This document shows positions 24,601-36,600 of a stretch of 64,000 nucleotides of DNA, piece by piece. Origin of the DNA: Raillietiella orientalis (lineage: Eukaryota); contig JAYWIR010000025.1 in the NCBI GenBank assembly GCA_036172245.1, forward strand, positions 558,001 to 622,000, in the 5' to 3' direction. Both the position numbers and the translations under genes were made by a program. Within the stretch, counting starts at the first letter, position 1; each line of letters opens with the position of its first letter. The notes beneath the pieces are model-generated. The model saw nothing but the letters and a program-made list of their open reading frames with translations, made no database searches and was not told the origin of the DNA.

Positions 24601-27600
24601 GAAAATCGAGTTCTCACCCGCTCATCTCGTTTACACAGCAGATGCCCGGGTGTTCTCGCTGAAAGGTACCTACAGAGGAAACGATCTCGAAAATAAACAA
24701 GCAATTGCCTGGAAGCTGCGCCGCGTAAATCTTCGTTGAACTCAGCTGGTTGTTTTTGGGACGGCCCGGCTTCCGGGAGTCTCGTTCAAACAGACGGAAC
24801 TTCCCGAACGCTGTTTACAGAACTCTTTGCGCACGGATCGCCGCCGTCCAGAAGTCGCCTTGAACGGCGAAACATTCCGCGCTTCCACGACCCTCCAGCG
24901 CGCTCTTCCGCCGCGTCTCCCGGACGACCCAACAGGAGTGGGAAGGATCCGGAAGCAGTCCTGACGTGCTCCCGGTTCGTTTTCCCATCCCGTTCGAGGG
25001 TTGCAGCGGCAGGCCAAGAGAAGGCCGCAGGAACGAAACTTTAAGGGTGTCCTTCCCCGCTTCCGGTTCTGCCCATGGCGGACACGTGTTTCGCCAGCAC
25101 GGCGGGAGGAGTTCGTTCCTCCATCCGGGGGCTGCGGCGGCAGACTTCGGATGAGAAGGGGGAGGGGATGGCCGTCGCCTTCTCAGTGCCCGTTGCCATT
25201 CGATCCATCAACAGCAGCGCCTGCAACCGAGGGCGATTCCACTTCCCGCTGTCGCTTCCGGTTCCGTCTTTCAGCGATTCGCTTTTGGTGCACGATAACG
25301 AGAGGAGGAAAGGGGGGAGGAAGAAGGGAAGGTCAACAGAATCGGCACTTTCCGAGGGATGCGGAGCCGATGACCGTGCCTGGGGATGAAGTGCAAGACC
25401 AGGCGGCGACGGTTTCACGAGCCTCGTGCGCCGCGCATCCCGTTTGTTCTTGGTTTCTTCTTCCCCCCCCCTCCCCCAGCGTGGCTCTTTCGGGCGCCTG
25501 AGATCCGGAGGAGGAGGAGAGGGACACATGGCCGCTGTCACTCGGAGAGGACTCCGGGAAGCAGCCAGAGCGGACCGGAACGCCCCCGCGCGCGAGGGAG
25601 GAGGAGCGGCGGGGGACGAAAGACCTCTCGAGAGTAGTCACCCAGACTCCCTTATCTTTCAGGATCACCGTTTACCCAAACGGATCTCTGCTTGTGCCCG
25701 ACGTGCAGCCGACCGACGAGCGCACGTACACGTGCAGGGGATGGCCACTGTCGAAGAGCGAAGAGTTCTCTCAGGAATACACGACCTCTTTGAGGATAGC
25801 AAGTAAGTGGACCCCGGCTGATTTCATCGCTGCTCTTCTGTGCCTGGCTTCGTTCTTCTTTCGAGGCGCTCCGTTTCTTTTCTCTTTTTTCCTTTCCCTC
25901 CCCTCCCCCCCTTCCCACCGGGTGTCCGCAAAAGATGAGATGATGGATTCGGAGGTCGAAATGGGATGCTAGCAGGAGGATGCCGAGATCCGCCTCCTCC
26001 TCCTCGCTCCTTCTCTCGGCTCCAGCCTTACCCATCCATCATCCTGTGAGCGCAGCCCCGCGAAGTGTCTTAGGCTCCATCGCCGTTTGCGGGCGCTGCC
26101 CCTGGCGGACGAACGCGAGACCTCCGCGCCGTTTCCTGCTTCTTCGTTGAAGAAACGGGAAACGGCGTGTTGGCCGCCGCGTTGCTGTGGCTCGGACTGG
26201 GAGCAGCGACCCCGCGTCCTCTGGACCCCGCTCCTTGACCCTCTTCCCGAAATCCCGCAGGCTCTAAACGCACCTCCCCGCGCCCCTGCCGCTACAGGTA
26301 AACAAACAAAGCGCGCGGCAGCAAACGCAGGTGCGGCGCAGCTTCTCCCGAAATCCCACCCGGCGCCTCCTCCCGACTCCGAGAGTCCCTCGTCCCTGGC
26401 GAGAGGCTCCCACGAGGGGTGGGAAAAGCGTAAGGGGAGCTGCGTGGTGGCTGCCGTAAAACCCGCCGAACCGAATGCGGCGGCCGCACCGGCTGTTCGG
26501 GCAGAGGCGGCCTCACGGGGCACCTCCGCGACCGCGCCGCACCCGACGCCATGGAGACGAGCGGCGTTCGACGCGCCCCGGCTCCGTCCTGCCTGAACAC
26601 GCGGATTGCTGCTGCTCGCCTCGGAGGGGGGACGAGGGGTCGAGTCCCTGGGAAGCCTTGGAGACCGAGCGCGCGCGTTCCCCGGAACGGCAGTCCCGTA
26701 AATTCCGCTTCAAATGGGGGGAATCGACGGCACCCTGCGATGCGCCTCCCTCCATGGTGCAACTGGACGCGCGGACGCGTTGCACGACGGAACGAAAACA
26801 AACAAAAGCAGCCTCTTGTTTATTTATTTATTAAAAAAAAAAAAGAGTTTCGTAGCGGTTCCTGGAAAAGGCGCTCTTCCTTGCAAGCAGGGAACCATGG
26901 ACGCACATCCGGAAGCGCGAACGAAAGGAGCTGCTGCTAGCGTTCTTTCGTCCCCACGCAGCCGGGAACCGGCGTGCTTCCCCCCCCATCCTGCGTTCAC
27001 GCGCATGAATGCGCCCTGCTGGCAGTCGTCGTCGTCGTCTGGTGCGGGCCGCCGATAGTGGCGGCGTTTTGTTCGAACGGCTTCCTCGACCATTTTCGGC
27101 GTGCTGGAGGAAGGAGGGGGGGGGCAATCCAGCGCCGCTACGAGACGACGGAGCATCCGGCGCCTTGCGTCGTTCCGGGAAGCTCTTCCCGGATGCAGGC
27201 GCGCGCGCAGGGGCCTGGAAGCCGGCCGAACGCTCCACGCGACACCTCCGCGCACTCCGTTCCTCTGCTCCGCAGTTTTGTTTGTTTGTTCCAAAAAAAG
27301 GGGGGGGGGGAGTCGTTTCGCAAAGGGGGAGGAGGTGCTGAACGCGGAACATTATGGCGCTACCATTAGTCTTCTCACGCAAAGCGGAAGTGCCACGTTG
27401 GGTCCTCTCCAGAGACTCCGCACCGCTTCCGCGGCCGGGTTGCCAGTGCGAGCAACGCTCTCCTTGGAAGCGGCGGGATGCGCGCGCGGGGACCACTCGG
27501 CGCCGGGCGATTGCAAGACGAGGGGAGCGCTGTCGACGGAGGCGCTCTTCCTCGTGTCGGGTTAACTTTCGGAGGGATCGTCTCGTAACCGACGCCCCCT

Positions 27601-30600
27601 CCTCCCTTCCCCCTCCCCTCCAGCCCGTGGCTTTTTTTGCTTTCGTCTCCACATGCGTGAAGCGAGCTCCGGGGCCGGCCTCGACCCGGCGCGGGTCCTT
27701 CCTCTCCCGCGACGAGTGGGCAGCACCTTCGGTCAGACTCGCACCATCCTCCTGATTTTGCCTCTGGACGCCCCTTTCTTCCTCCCCGTACCCGTCCGTG
27801 CGGGCGTCGCCGAGTCCGCTCGCGAAACGGGCAGGACAAGCAGCTGACCCCCGCCACCATTCTCCCTCGCCGCCCTCACTAAATCTCGGCGTGACGTTGT
27901 TTGCGCGGATGGCCGGGTTTCCATGGCAGCATTCACGGGTGCGAGCACTCGTGATGGCGTTCTGAGGTGCAGCTCGGACGGGATTTCCACTCAGAGGGTC
28001 GTGTGGAAGCGGCGGAAGACTCGCGAGTCGCTTCGGGGGTTCGCGCTCAGGAGGATAAACCGCGAGAGGTGGCGGGATCTCCTCACAAAACCGGAAGCCA
28101 CGCTCGAGGAACGTTTGCTGTTTGGGGAAGGGGAGGGAAAAGGGAAACGAATGCACGAAAACCAGCGGGCTGCCCCGGGGGCGCGCAGAGACCGGCTCGG
28201 GTGGCCAGGTGCCTCCCGAGGCAGTCCCGGCGAGTGCCTCCGTAGGTTCAGTGCGCGCCTCGAGCTTCGTGACAGCGAGGTTCCGCCACAGGCCTTGAGC
28301 CCCTTCGCCCTTCCCGACGCGTCTAGCGGACGGCCGTTGCGAGGGCAGGAAGTGCCCAATGGCTCCAGGACCTTCCTGGCTTGGGACGTCCTGCGCCCGC
28401 TAAGGGAAGCTGGCAGCGGCTCCCCGAGCGATGTCCGGAACGCGAAAGATGTCCCGGGGCGGGCGTGGGAAACATGGGCGCGGCACGGGGTCAGCAGACA
28501 GAACGGCGCTGCTCGAATTTTTGCTCTGGAGTGCTGCTGCCAGGGCACCGTGCGTCGGGAGGCGGGGTGTAGGCTGCAAAGGGGCAGTTTGCGGTGGAGA
28601 ACGGCCGCCATCCCTCAAGGAGTGGGGAGGGGGAGAGGGGACCGTTGTACCCTGGCCCGCCTTGCGTCCCGTTCCGTGCCTGTCTTCGGCTCGCCGTCGA
28701 CTGCGGCCACCCCTCTCTGGGCAGGGCAACTGAAGAAGCGCCTTCTGATGCTCGAGGGACCTCTCGGGGCGAAGGACGGGCGCGGCGCCCCTACCCACTT
28801 CCGTTCCACCGGTCCGGTCCGGTCCGGTCCGAGAAGCATCGCGGAGGCGCTCGTGACCTCTCCGGTGGCCCCGAGCGCCGCTCTCCCCGACCTGCCCTTG
28901 GCTCTTCGGCGCTCGCGCGAGGCACGCAGCGGTATGAAACGCCGACCCGCGGAGGGAGTTTCGACCTCCACGCTCGGGCCTTCTTCTGCGTGACCCTCAG
29001 TGCGTCCGGAACCATCCGATCCCCCCTCCCTCCAATGGATCTGCGCGTGTTTGCACCGTGCGTTCGCGTTTCAGCGCCGTGTATCCTCACGTGCGCGCGC
29101 AAGGTCCGTCCTTTTCAGAGCCCCTCTCTGGTTCCTTCTACTCGTATGGGTGCTGCTGCCCCCGCTTCCCCAGTGCGTGGCCGGGACCGAGTGCGTTCGC
29201 CCGCCGCTCGTTCTTGGGAGCCCTCTTTTGCTCTGCTGTTGTTTTTGCGCGCGCTCATAGCTTGCTCCGCCGATGCCTCTTCGCCGAGCTCCGTGTATGC
29301 CGGCCTCGTTCACAGTGCCAGGAGAGGGCTGCCATTGCCGGGGAAACCCGAGCCCCTCCCGCGGCTCCGGCGGCAGGAGGCGCGCGCGCCCGCAGCACAA
29401 GCCAACGGGGAGTGCGGACCGCCTCTCGGGTTGCACGACCTTCCCTGCTCCCTGGCGGCGGCCGGGGGAATCTTCCAGCTGGGGAGGCTCCACGTGCCTC
29501 GCGCCCCGCCGCTGTTCGGATCTCTGGCGTGGGGCGGCGCTCTGGCAGCTGCAGAAAGGGGCAGGGAAACTGGGGGAAGGGGAGGTCGCGGGTCTCTGGA
29601 GCACGGCGTTCGGCGCAGGCTGTTGGGCGTACACGAGTGGGTCTCTCGACCAGGTGCATCCGGAAGGGTCACGCGATGGCCACAGGGGTGTCGTTGTCTT
29701 CAGGTAGGGGCCCTTCCCCTCCAGCCCCAAGGGGACGCCATCCGCGCTGGCGATGGCAGGGATCTCGAGGCCTCCGAGCCGGAGAAAGGGGAGCAGCAGC
29801 ATCTCCCTTCGCTGCCGAGAGCACGCGATGGCGGCTTCCCGCTGGTACCTGCGGAACCCCCCCTCCCTCGACTGACCTCGCCCTCTCTCTTCCAGGGATC
29901 GACGACTTCGGCGAGCGCAGCTTCGAGCCGCGGCCCCAGGCAGGCGTCGATCTGGCGATCGCCATCGAAGGGAGCCGCTTCGAGAGGATGTGCCTGGCTC
30001 CCGGCGGCCTTCCGAAACCCAGGACATGGTGGGAGAGCCCCAAGCGCAAGGTCATCTGGAACGCGGGGAGGATCCGGGCTGATGGCCAGGTGCTGGTCAT
30101 CGACAAGGTCCGGGTCGAGGACCACGGCAACTACACCTGCGTCGCGGAGAACCTCGCTGGCTCGAGATGGGCGCAGCTGGAGATCTTCGTCTCAGGTAAC
30201 TCGGGGGAGCTGGGGCCGCCTCCACCTCCCTTGTGTCCCCTCCCTCGCGAAGAAGCAGGTGCGGAGCACCCCTAGGCGTTCGGCTGGCTGGGTCTGCCCT
30301 CCCGGTTGCTGAGCGCCGGCCGGCCGCTCAGCAACCAGGAAGGGAGTCCTTCCTTCTTCTCCTCCCCCTCCCAGGCGAAAAGGGAAAGGGGCGCTGAAGG
30401 GATGCTTTGAAGCTTCGGGCGAAGGCGGCAGCAGCGGACGTCGACGCCGCTATCGTCCTCTCACTCCTCTCGTTTCCATCATAAAGTCGGGGGATTGCCC
30501 TCCCCCACATACACACACACCCTCCTCCTCCTCCTTCATTCTCCTCCCGGTCGACTCCCGGTTCCCGGAGTCGGGCTCAGGGACAACCGTCCCGGGCTCC

Positions 30601-33600
30601 GCTCCTTGCCGCCCTCCCAGTCCGCCGGATCACGGACGGTATCGATCTCCTTCCCTGGCTTTACGAGGATCCCCCTCGCGCCATTGGAGCTCCCGCCGCC
30701 CTACCCGGCGCCCCAGCTGCAATTGGGAACTCCCTGCCCGCGCGCAATCTCACGCTGACGTCAGACAGGCGTCCCTCCCCCCCCCGTTCACGCGGCATCG
30801 GCGCCGGCGGGTTTTCTCTCTTTGCGCGGTTGGGTTCGCTGCGGCGTCCTCGCTTCCTCGTCTCCCCGGGTGGGGTAGGGGAGAGAAGGGGTGGGGCGAA
30901 GGCGCAGGCCTACCCGAGCATTGTTCTTGGTGTCCCCTTCTTGCAGTCCCCTGCTCTTTCTTCTTCCCATCCGTGGGGGTATTCAGCAGCTGAGGCGGCG
31001 GCGGTTCGGCAGGACGGTCTGCCTGATAAAGCCCCACCCTCCAGCACCCATAGGGGAAGGAAGCAGCAGAATCTGTCCACCATCCCGGACTCGCAAGGGA
31101 ACCCGCGACGAAGGCGAAGACGTGTCCTGCACCCCGCAGGCCTTCGGTCGCACCGTGGGGCGCAGCACATGGTCACTCCTGCCAAGACTCCCCCTCCCCT
31201 AACACCGGACCATCTCGTTCTTGTGTGGCTCCGGCTTTTACACGTCTTCTCATGCTGCTGCCACTTCATCGCCGGTCAGCTGCCGATTGGTAGCAGCACC
31301 GGAAGTGTCCACTGCTTCGTTCTTCTGGGATGCCCTCTTGCGCTCGTGCGTCCCGCGTGCTCCCATAGCACACCCTCAGAGGAGAGACTTCCCTCGCGAA
31401 CCCGATCCCTCTTCGCTTCCATCTCGGAGTCGGCTTCCCCTGCCATCTAGCGGAGGCTGCGCGCGGTCAGGGCTGCTTCGTCCCGCCGGTTTTTTTTTTT
31501 TTTTTTGAGGACTCCTGAGGCCGTCCCTCGCCAGGACGCGCCTCCAAGAGGCAGCGCGTTACCCTCAGGATGGGTCCCAAGGCCTCTCTCGCAACCTTTC
31601 TCCGCTGCCTTCGAGCGATCTCGTGCATGCCATCTTCCCGATCCTCCACCCCACCTACGCCCGCTTGCAGTGTTCCCACATCAAGGTTGGTGCGCGGTCG
31701 CTGTGCCAGGTCGTCGGGCAGGTGGAAGCGCGGCGTGGTCAGCTTCGCACTCGCGCTTCCCTGACTCAGGGGGATCTCCTCGTGGTTCATCTTCGAGCTG
31801 CTTCGAAGCAAGTCGGCATCTCCACGTCGCCGTGCGCGGGTCATGGCGCCTCGTCGTCCTCCCGCAGCGGAGCTGCCACGATCGAGGAGCCAGGAAGGTC
31901 GCTCGCAGCAGGCGACTCCCTCGACGTGGGCGTGGGGGACGCGCAGCATCCTCTCGAGGGCCGCTCTTGTCGCAGGGGTGGTGCTTGGCGTTGACGAAGA
32001 TGGGGGCGTTCACGGTGAAGAGGAATGAGAGCGCCTTGGTGACCTTAGGCGAGGGTGTGTGAGAGGGGGGAGGGACTTTTCGTCCGACGGCTCGCATCTG
32101 CAGCTGCGTCTCCTCCACGGACTCAACCACGTGTGCCCGTAGTTTCTAGGAAGCGGCTCTTGTGTTGCCTTTTTTTTTCCAACAGAGTGGATCCAGAGTC
32201 TGGAGAGATCCAGATGACTTGGAACTCGGTATGAAGGGGGAGACTAGTTGTATTGCAAGATGGTGACCCGTCGGTGCTCCTCTCGGAGACTGATATTCGG
32301 TTCGAACATCTGCGAGTCCCCTGCTCGAAGAAAAGGAGCTTCTGGGATGGACGCGTGGAAATACAAGGACGGCGAAGTCAGCTTTACTGTCCCGGAAAAA
32401 GTTCTTCCAAGACATGAAGATGCGATCCTATTGGTTGAGCAGCTGGCTAGTGGGAATCGCTGCACTCCCACGATCCCATATCTAGGAGATGGGGGATCAC
32501 GCCTGCAGGCTTCCGCGTTTTCCCTCCTTGACCGTGAAATCTCCATTCCGGAAGGCGAGTCGGTTCCTCGATCCGCGCTGTTCTGTTGAATCTCGTCTCC
32601 AGCTATCGTGACCGACTGGAGGATCTCCCTTTTCACGGCCCCCACTCTTCCGAACCATCGATGCTTGTGGGTTGCTGCGGCGTCCGTTCGTAAAGCTGCC
32701 ACGTTCGCCGAGGCCTCGCGCCGTGGGTCATAATTTATTGCCATGCGCGATCAGCTAGCTACATGATGACGAAGATGATGATGCTTTTCGGCCGTCTTCA
32801 TCCCGTAGAAAGATCGCAGCATCGGACAATGCCCCTGCACGCTTGCCGCCGCCGTCTTCCCTGCAACGGCGGTTTACGACTTTGGTTGCACTCTGTTCGC
32901 GAAGGTTCTGGCCTGTGGATTTCGCTTGCTGTTCCTGTCACGTGACGGCTCTGGAAGATGGGAGAGCCCAGGCCGAGTGGCTTAGTGAGCCACCTGGGAA
33001 GCCCAAGGAGGTGGGCAGCAACCGAGGAGCTCCGTCGATCCTTTCGGAGCGGAAAAATTCTTAAATCCGTGGAGTCGGACAGGAAAGCGGAGGAGACCAG
33101 GAGGGCTCGCAGCGAAAACTCCCTGTCGCCTGGAGTACAGCCTCCTGTAGCCTCCACCGAGCACGCTTGCTCGAGGAACTTGGAAGCCACGATGACGAGC
33201 TCGATGGTGGGAAGTTCTGCGTGCCCTCGAAAACTTCCAAAAGTCTTGGAAAGGTTTTCAGAGGTCCCGTGCTTGTCCGGTGGCGGGAATGCAAGAATCC
33301 TCGCGTCCGTCGACCGAAAGAAAAGTGAAGGCACTTTGTCAGATGCCGCAGCTCCACAAACGAGGGATCCTGTGCGCACTTCTGAAAGAGCGCTCATCAA
33401 AAGTGGTTTCTTGTTCGTCGAGTCGAACAAAAAAAAAAAAGGCGGCGGTATGACGGAGGAGGACCTTTGGTGAATCAGCTACTCGCGACGGACCCGTTTG
33501 GAACCATCCTTTCACTTTCAGACTGCGCTTTATGGGCGTCGAGCGGCGCGCTCCCGAGCATCCGATTCCCCCCCCCCCCCTTTCCCCCCTTCCCGAGAGG

Positions 33601-36600
33601 CCCTCGACCGTAACTGCAAGAAGAGTCCTCGCAAACGTCCGTCAGCAGAAGGAAGGCGTTCGGGCACCGCGAACCAAGAACCTGCACCTGCGGTTGTTGA
33701 AGGCGCCGTTCCTCAATTTTGCGCGACCTGGCGCTGCAATCCAGTGGATCCGCCGCACGGCTGCTGCATGCATCGCGTGGGTCCCAGGAGCGCGCTGACT
33801 CGGAAGCAAGGAACTCGCGGCTCCCGTGCTCTGACGGACTCTGTGCTCTTCGTCCTTCTCCGTGTCGACGTATACTCGTCCCAGGAGTACAGCATGTTGT
33901 CAGCGCATCGCAGCAGGGCGATTATCCTGATGCAGGAACCTCTTCCCGCGTGGGATCCGAACGGAGCTACAGAATAAAGCTCTGCCGGCCGTGGACAGGA
34001 CTCTGCCTCGCAGATGGGATTTTTTGTTGTTGTTGTTCCGAAAGCGTCCCGCATCTGTTTGTGCTCCCCTCCACCTGGTTGCGAAAGGACGAGCACGCAC
34101 AAGCCTTCGCGAGACTGAAGAGTGCAGCAGCAGGGAAAACAGGGGAAGGTCTTCAGCAGCAGGAACAGGGGAGGATGAAGACCTTCATCTTCATCTTTCG
34201 CTCAACTGAATCTTTATCTTCCCGAGGGAACTGTGACTGTTCGTCTCGGCACCGACCTAATTGGAATACACCTGTTTCGACCAGGGGTCCCCGGCGGAAA
34301 GATCGCCCCACCCCGAGTGCACGGATCGTGTCGCGGGGACCAGCATCAGCAAAGTAGGCCTCGCCCAAATACTCGGAAGAGGTGGTCATTTTTACGCGTG
34401 CCTCGCAAAGCTGCGGAGAGGGAGGTGAGCGTGGCGCCGACCGCCTCCCGGAAGGACGCACCGATTCCGCGCGCGCGTCCTGCTTGGAATACAGGAGGAG
34501 GAGGAGGAGTCCCTCCGAGAATTCTTTGCGGAAGTCTTTCGGATGCAGAGGTGCCACTGCCGCATTTGCTGGAGGTCACACGTTGCGATGGCGATGATGA
34601 CGGCTCAGTCGCAGCGACTCCGCGATTATTTTCGTCTTGGAATGAAATCCCTCAAAGTTCTCGTTCCCCAAAAATAAATCTCATTCTCGGATTACTCTCA
34701 TTCTTTGCCCTCGATTCAGCTGCGGGGAATTGCGCTCCTCAGAAGCAGGACCTAATAACCATTAATTTGATTTCTTCCTCGTAATGATTTTGCCATTTTT
34801 TGTTCCTTCCCTGCCCCACTGTTCCGCTAGTCCCCGTCGTTAAAACACCCCACGGAGAAGTGCAGGTTTTATGACGGATGAGAGATTGATGTCGAACCGG
34901 TGGTGCACGTGTTTCCGTTGCAAACTGGATCTTAAGAAAATTCAGATTTCCCGAAATCCGGGGGCTCCGGTTGCAGCAGGTTTGCCCCGCAACCAACCAG
35001 CAATCCGTCCCGATGTTGCCTACGCGGGCTTGGCGAAACTTTTGGCAGCATCCGCGGGTTGGGTGTAATCTTTCGCTCACGGCGAGGGCTTTGCTGTCAG
35101 CCCCTGTGCCCCCCCCCCTTTTCCCCTCTCCCTCCCTCCCCGCTTCGCCTTCTTGCTTTCAGTGCTCTTCTCATCTAGATGAGTATGTATAATTAAATGA
35201 TGGGCGTGCGCGGAAGACTCACGGGTGAATACGAAAGTGAAGGCAGTCAGTGGCGAAATGTTCCCGAAACTTGCAGTGTTCGATGCACATTCGTGAGACG
35301 GAACTGTGTTCGTGTACGCGACTCCAAGGCTGCTCCTGTGTCAGAGTCTAATTTTATGATTCGTCAATGTTGGGAACGCGTTTTTCCAAGGTAATTTATA
35401 GCTGGCCCCTGGCGTGTGTGAGTTTTCGAAATGGATCGAACTGATAGCACGGGTGCTTAGGAGAATTCAGTGGGCTCCTCACTGAAAAGAGGGAAACTAA
35501 TCTCAGAATAACTCTTGAGAGAGATCGCGAAGCGTGATATTTCTACATTTTAAATATTCCTTTTGTTTCCTTCTTGCTCTTCATCCTTTACCTTTTCTCT
35601 GTCTCATTCGCCTCCTCCTCTTCGGAAAGGGGGGGGGAGGGTAGGAAAGGGATTCGCTTAAGCGCAATCTAAAATAATCTAGGCAAATTAAAGAAATGAA
35701 ACGTCATTTCGCGCGACAGGAGCAACCCTGTGAGCAGAAGACTCAAGAAACATGAGGCAGGCGGGAGCCTTCAGGAAAATCCCGCGCCTCTGGTAGACCG
35801 TGGCTCTCCGAAAATCAACAAGTTGGGAGACCCCGGCGTTTGCACTTCTCGGCAGCGTGCGCTTCCGTGGCCGCTTTCCCAGGCCTCAAGACAACCCGGA
35901 AGATGAAAAAATTGTGACATGTGATGAATGGAGACGGGGTTGTGTTTGACTTTGAGCTAGGATGCAAATGTACACAGTCCCGTAATTACATTATTAAGCT
36001 TCCAGAAGCCATCGGCAGGCTTTCAAACGTGTAAGTCGAAGTGGTTTCTTGAAATATGCAGCACCCTAATTTTGCTGAGGCACAACACATGGATGACGGT
36101 GCTGACGCGTTTCTCAGCGTTTCGGAGTATCTTTTGCCTGAGCATTTTCATTTTCGTGAGGATGGGTCGGTCCCGGGTATGTTTTTTTTTTTTTTTTTTT
36201 TAATGCTCCGAATTTTAAAACGGTCTAACTGGAACTCTCAGGGCCGAATCACAAGTACACTCTAACCGACTGCCTCTGGGGTCCATGATCGGAGAGCCTC
36301 ATAAATCAGCGGAAAAAATAACCAAACCGGAGAACAGCAGTAATGTTTGCGTCCTCCTTATATGCATTCCTCGTCCTAAAGTAAAGACGAATTAATTAGT
36401 CACAGATAAGGGAGGAAAAAAAATCATTGACTGCATGTTTCTCTCTGGGAAAAGGGGAAAAAAAAAAAAAAAAAGGGAGGTGGGAAAGGGGTGAAGGCCC
36501 GGTTTTTACAGCTCTCCCTGGAGTCTTTGACAGTTTGGATCTGGCACTACTCAATTGAGTTTGAAACAGAGTAGCCCTACAGACCGTGGCGAAAGTGCTG

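Noticed and set aside
26831..30312. Long ORFs (441, 356, 572, 405 aa) in PTK7 intron 6
   Set aside because: Low-complexity R/G/P/A/S translations open on both strands, as expected from high GC. Only 29896-30195 is a real exon.
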